A DNA stretch of 64,000 nt from Squalus acanthias. Taxonomy: Eukaryota. The stretch lies in contig CM059432.1 in NCBI GenBank assembly GCA_030390025.1, forward strand, positions 58,468,001 through 58,532,000, in the 5' to 3' direction. Position 1 is the stretch's first letter, and every line of letters begins with the position of its first letter. Under the pieces are notes generated by a model, which ran no database searches, was not told the DNA's origin, and saw only the letters and a list, made by a program, of their open reading frames with translations. The position numbers and the translations under genes are program-made. Below are positions 60,636-64,000 of the stretch, one piece after another.

Positions 60636-60954
60636 ATTTATCTTTAGTGGTTCTACTTTAAATTATGCAATATGCTAATATGATATTAAGTGTTTATTAT
60701 ATGCTCAGTTTCAGAAGGTAACTCCAGAAATACATACTATTAATGGTAAATACCTAAGTAAATACTGTTAATATTAAATTCTTAATCTCAAGTATGCATT
60801 GTTAATCATTGTTAATATGGCAAAATAAGCATTATTAATGGAAAGTATTTATTCATAAGTAGTTACAATTAATATTGTGAGTTAACTCTACGTAAACACT
60901 GCTAATGATAAATGTTACTCTTAAGTCAATGGTAAGCAATTATTCCCACATAAT

Positions 60955-62790
60955 TACAATCATGATAGAATTCTTCATTAAGATGGAAAGTGAAGAAGTC
61001 CAATCCGAAATTAGGGTCCTAAATCTAAACAAAGGAAACTATGAAGGTATGAGGAGTGAGTTGGCTATGATAGATTGGGGAGCTTCATTAAAAAGCATGA
61101 CTGTGGATACCTGGGATGGCAGGAATGACGTATGAGGAGAGATTGGGTCAATTGGGCTTATACTCGCTGGAGTTTAGAAGAATGAGAGGGGATCTCATTG
61201 AAACTTATAAAATTCTGAAAGGACTGGACAGACTAGATGCAGGAAGGATGTTCCCGATGGTCGGGGAGTCCAGAACCAGGGGTCACAGTCTAAGGATAAG
61301 GGGTAAGCCATTTAGGACAGAAATGAGGAGGAATTTCTTCACCCAGAGAGTGGTGAACCTGTGGAATTCTCTGCCACAGAAGGCAGTAGAGGCCAATTCA
61401 TTAAATATATTCAAGAAGGAGTTGGATATATTTCTTAAGGCTAAAGGGATCAAGGAATATGGGAGAAAGCAGGGACAGGGTTCTGAATTTGGATGATCAG
61501 CCATGATCGCATTGAATGGCAGAGCAGGCTAGAGGGGCCGAATGGCCTACTCCTGCTCCTATCTTCTATGTTTCTAGGCAATGGCTAACATTTAAGGAAC
61601 GAATGCATGAATTGCAACAGTTATACATTCCTTTCTGGTGCAAAAACACAAAAGGAAAAGCGGCCCAACCATGGCGAACAAAAGAAATTAAGGATAGTAT
61701 TAGATCCAAAGAGGAGTCATATAAAGTTGCCAGAAAAAGTAGCAAGCCTGAGGATTGGGAGCAGTTTAGAGTTCAGCAAAAAAGGACCAATAGATTGATT
61801 AAGAGGGGAAAAATAGAGTATGAGGGTAAACTTGCAAGGAATATAAAAGCGGATTGTAAAAGCTTCTACAAGTATGTAAAAAGAAAAAGATTAGTGAAGA
61901 CAAATGTAGGTCCCTTACAGTCAGAAACGGGAGAATTTATAATGGGGAACAAGGAAATGGCAGGGCAATTAAACAAATACTTTGGTTCTGTCTTCACGGA
62001 AAAACAGAAAGGCAGAGTATTATTTAAATGGTGATATATTGGGAAATGTTGATGTACAGAGGGACCTGGGTGTCCTTGTACACCAGTCAATGAAAGCAAA
62101 CATGCAGGTGCAGCAAGCAGTTAGGAAGGCAAATGGTATGTTGGCCTTCATTGCAAGAGGATTTGAGTACAGGAGCAAGGATGTCTTACTACAGTTATAC
62201 AGGGCCTTGATGAGACCACACCTGGAGTACTGTGTGCAGTTTTGGTCTCCTTACCTAAGAAAGGATATACTTGCCAAAGAGGGAGTGCAGCAAAGGTTCA
62301 CCAGACTAATTCCTGGGATGGCAGGACTGTCGTATGAGGAGAGATTGGGTCGACTAGGCCTGTATTCACTAGAGTTTAGAAGAATGAGAGGGGATCTCAT
62401 TGAAACGTATAAAATTCTGACAGGGCTAGACAGACTGGATGCAGGGAGGATGTTTCCCCTGGCTGGGGGGTCTAGAACGAGGGGTCACAGTCTCAGGATA
62501 CGGGGTAGAACATTTAGGACTGAGATGAGGAGAAATTTCTTCACTCAGAGGGTGGTGAACCTGTGGAGTTCTCTACCACAAAAGGCTGTGGAGGCCAAAT
62601 CACTGAATATATTTAAGAAGGAGATAGATAGATTTCTAGACACAAAAGGCATCAAGGGGTATGGGGAGAGAGCGGGAATATGGTATTGAGATAGAGGATC
62701 AGCCATGATCATATTGAATGGCGGAGCAGGCTTGAAGGGCCGAATGGCCTACTCCTGCTCCTATTTTTCTATGTTTCTATGTTTCTATGT
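60955..62790 (+). mobile_element. CR1 LINE fragment with internal RT deletion (~62000) and a nested CR1 3' fragment
   Basis: FGSVFTE joined directly to KNRKAEYYLNG; intact C-terminus, 3' UTR and (TATGTTTC)n tail. Confidence 0.88.
61110..61576 (+). mobile_element. CR1 3' fragment (family of 1-2066) nested in another CR1
   Basis: Removal restores MTVD-RQWLTFKE; has its own 3' UTR and tail. Confidence 0.88.
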
Positions 62791-62857
62791 AATTAATTGG
62801 AATTATTTATTCCTAGATCCTGCCCGTGGTAATTATTTACTCTTTCTTTACTTATCT

Positions 62858-63360
62858 GCACTGGAGAGGGTGCCGAGAAGATTTACAAGGATGATACCAG
62901 AAATGCGAGGGTATACATATCAGGAAAGGATGAACAGGCTGAGTCTCTTTTCTCTTGAAAAAAGAAGGCTGAGGGGTGACCTAATAGAGGTCTTTAAAAT
63001 TATGAAAAATTTTGATAGAGTGGATACGGAGAGAATGTTTCCACTTGTGGGGAAGATCATAACTAGAGGCCGTCAATATAAGATAGTCACCAAGAAATCC
63101 AATAGGGAATTCAAAAGAAACTTCTTTACGCAAAAGAGTGGTGAGAATGTGGAACTCGCTACCACAGGGAGTGGTTGAAGTGAATAGTATAGATGCATTT
63201 AAGGGGAGGCTAGACAAGCATATGAGGGAAAAGGGAATAGAGGGTTATGCTGATCGAGTTAGATGAGGAAAGATGGGAGGAGGCTCGTGTGGAGCATAAA
63301 CGCCGGCATGGACTGGTTGGGCCGAATGGCCTGTTTCTGTGCCTTTTATCCTATGTAATC
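62858..63360 (+). mobile_element. CR1 3' fragment (family of 21418-23060)
   Basis: ALERVPRRFTRMIPEMRGYTYQERM; shared 3' UTR. Confidence 0.9.
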
Positions 63361-63614
63361 CTTATTGTTACCTGGCCCCATTTGCTGCCCAGGAGAACTT
63401 TCTGCACTTCCTTATCACTAATAGTGGCTCAAAATAAATTGTGTTCAACACCACCAGGACACTGGGTGTGGGGGGGTGGGTGGGCGGTGGAGGGGCGGCG
63501 GCGGGGCGAGGGGGAGATCACTGTAATGCTGCTAATGGGAAAAAGGACCACAATGGTAAGTAGGCAGACTTACCACAAAGACTAACCTGTTACCACCCAC
63601 ATAAAAACTCTTAA

Positions 63615-64000
63615 GGCCTAGAAATTGGATATAGCCATGAAACAGGCAATGTTAATGCCTAATGATGCGCCACCTTAAAATGGTTTAGGTAGCACATGAA
63701 ACTCCTCATTAACATAATTATAGTCATTATTTCAGCGCTAAAACTGCTGTTCATTGGCTTAATGCTCAACAGGTGGGCTAATATCAGGGCCAGTCTAATT
63801 CCCAGTCATGTGTGGCACAGGCTTTTTCCACTACTTAAAGGGGAGGTACATTGATGCTACAGCACTTCATTGTCAAGACAGTTCCAACTGCAGGAAGAAG
63901 AAAGAAGAAGAAGAAGAAGAAAGAAGAAAGAAGAAAGAAGAAAGAAGAAAGAAGAAAAAGCCAAAGCCAAAGCCAAAGCCAAAGCCATGGCAGAGCGTCC
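63615..64000 (+). mobile_element. Start of another Harbinger (Myb end); probable Myb ATG at ~63987; runs out of the window
   Basis: TAA|GGCCTAGAAATT; 63830-63875 is homologous to the reverse complement of 7560-7603. Confidence 0.75.
63893..63986 (+). repeat. Compound (GAA)/(AAAGAAG)/(AAAGCC) microsatellite in the putative Myb 5' UTR
   Basis: Read directly from the sequence. Confidence 0.92.

Overview
Eukaryotic, almost entirely transposon-derived DNA, most likely from a cartilaginous fish (shark/ray). That assignment is inferred from HER1-type CR1 LINE 3' ends, an HE1/V-SINE, DeuSINE tails and Penelope-type tails. The window is a dense, heavily nested cluster of PIF/Harbinger DNA transposons and CR1-group LINEs. 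Four large Harbingers carry a DDE transposase convergent with a three-exon Myb/SANT-like gene, and the transposase at 17315..18541 is intact. About ten non-autonomous Harbinger derivatives/MITEs have recognisable TIRs and 3-bp TSDs. Also present: a reconstructable near-full-length CR1 with an SGNH-esterase ORF1, a 1.65-kb probable solo LTR, a hAT transposase pseudogene, several SINEs and three minisatellites. Main observations: (1) a duplicated host segment whose two copies were hit at the same TTA by different Harbinger elements, plus a flank-encoded target preference; (2) paired inward-facing TTAAAGGG boxes shared by autonomous elements and MITEs; (3) a MITE family with conserved splice-donor clusters and hairpins; (4) reciprocal minisatellite birth in sibling elements; (5) two small candidate host exons encoding a canonical EF-hand. 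All alignments were done by eye; no database searches were run.
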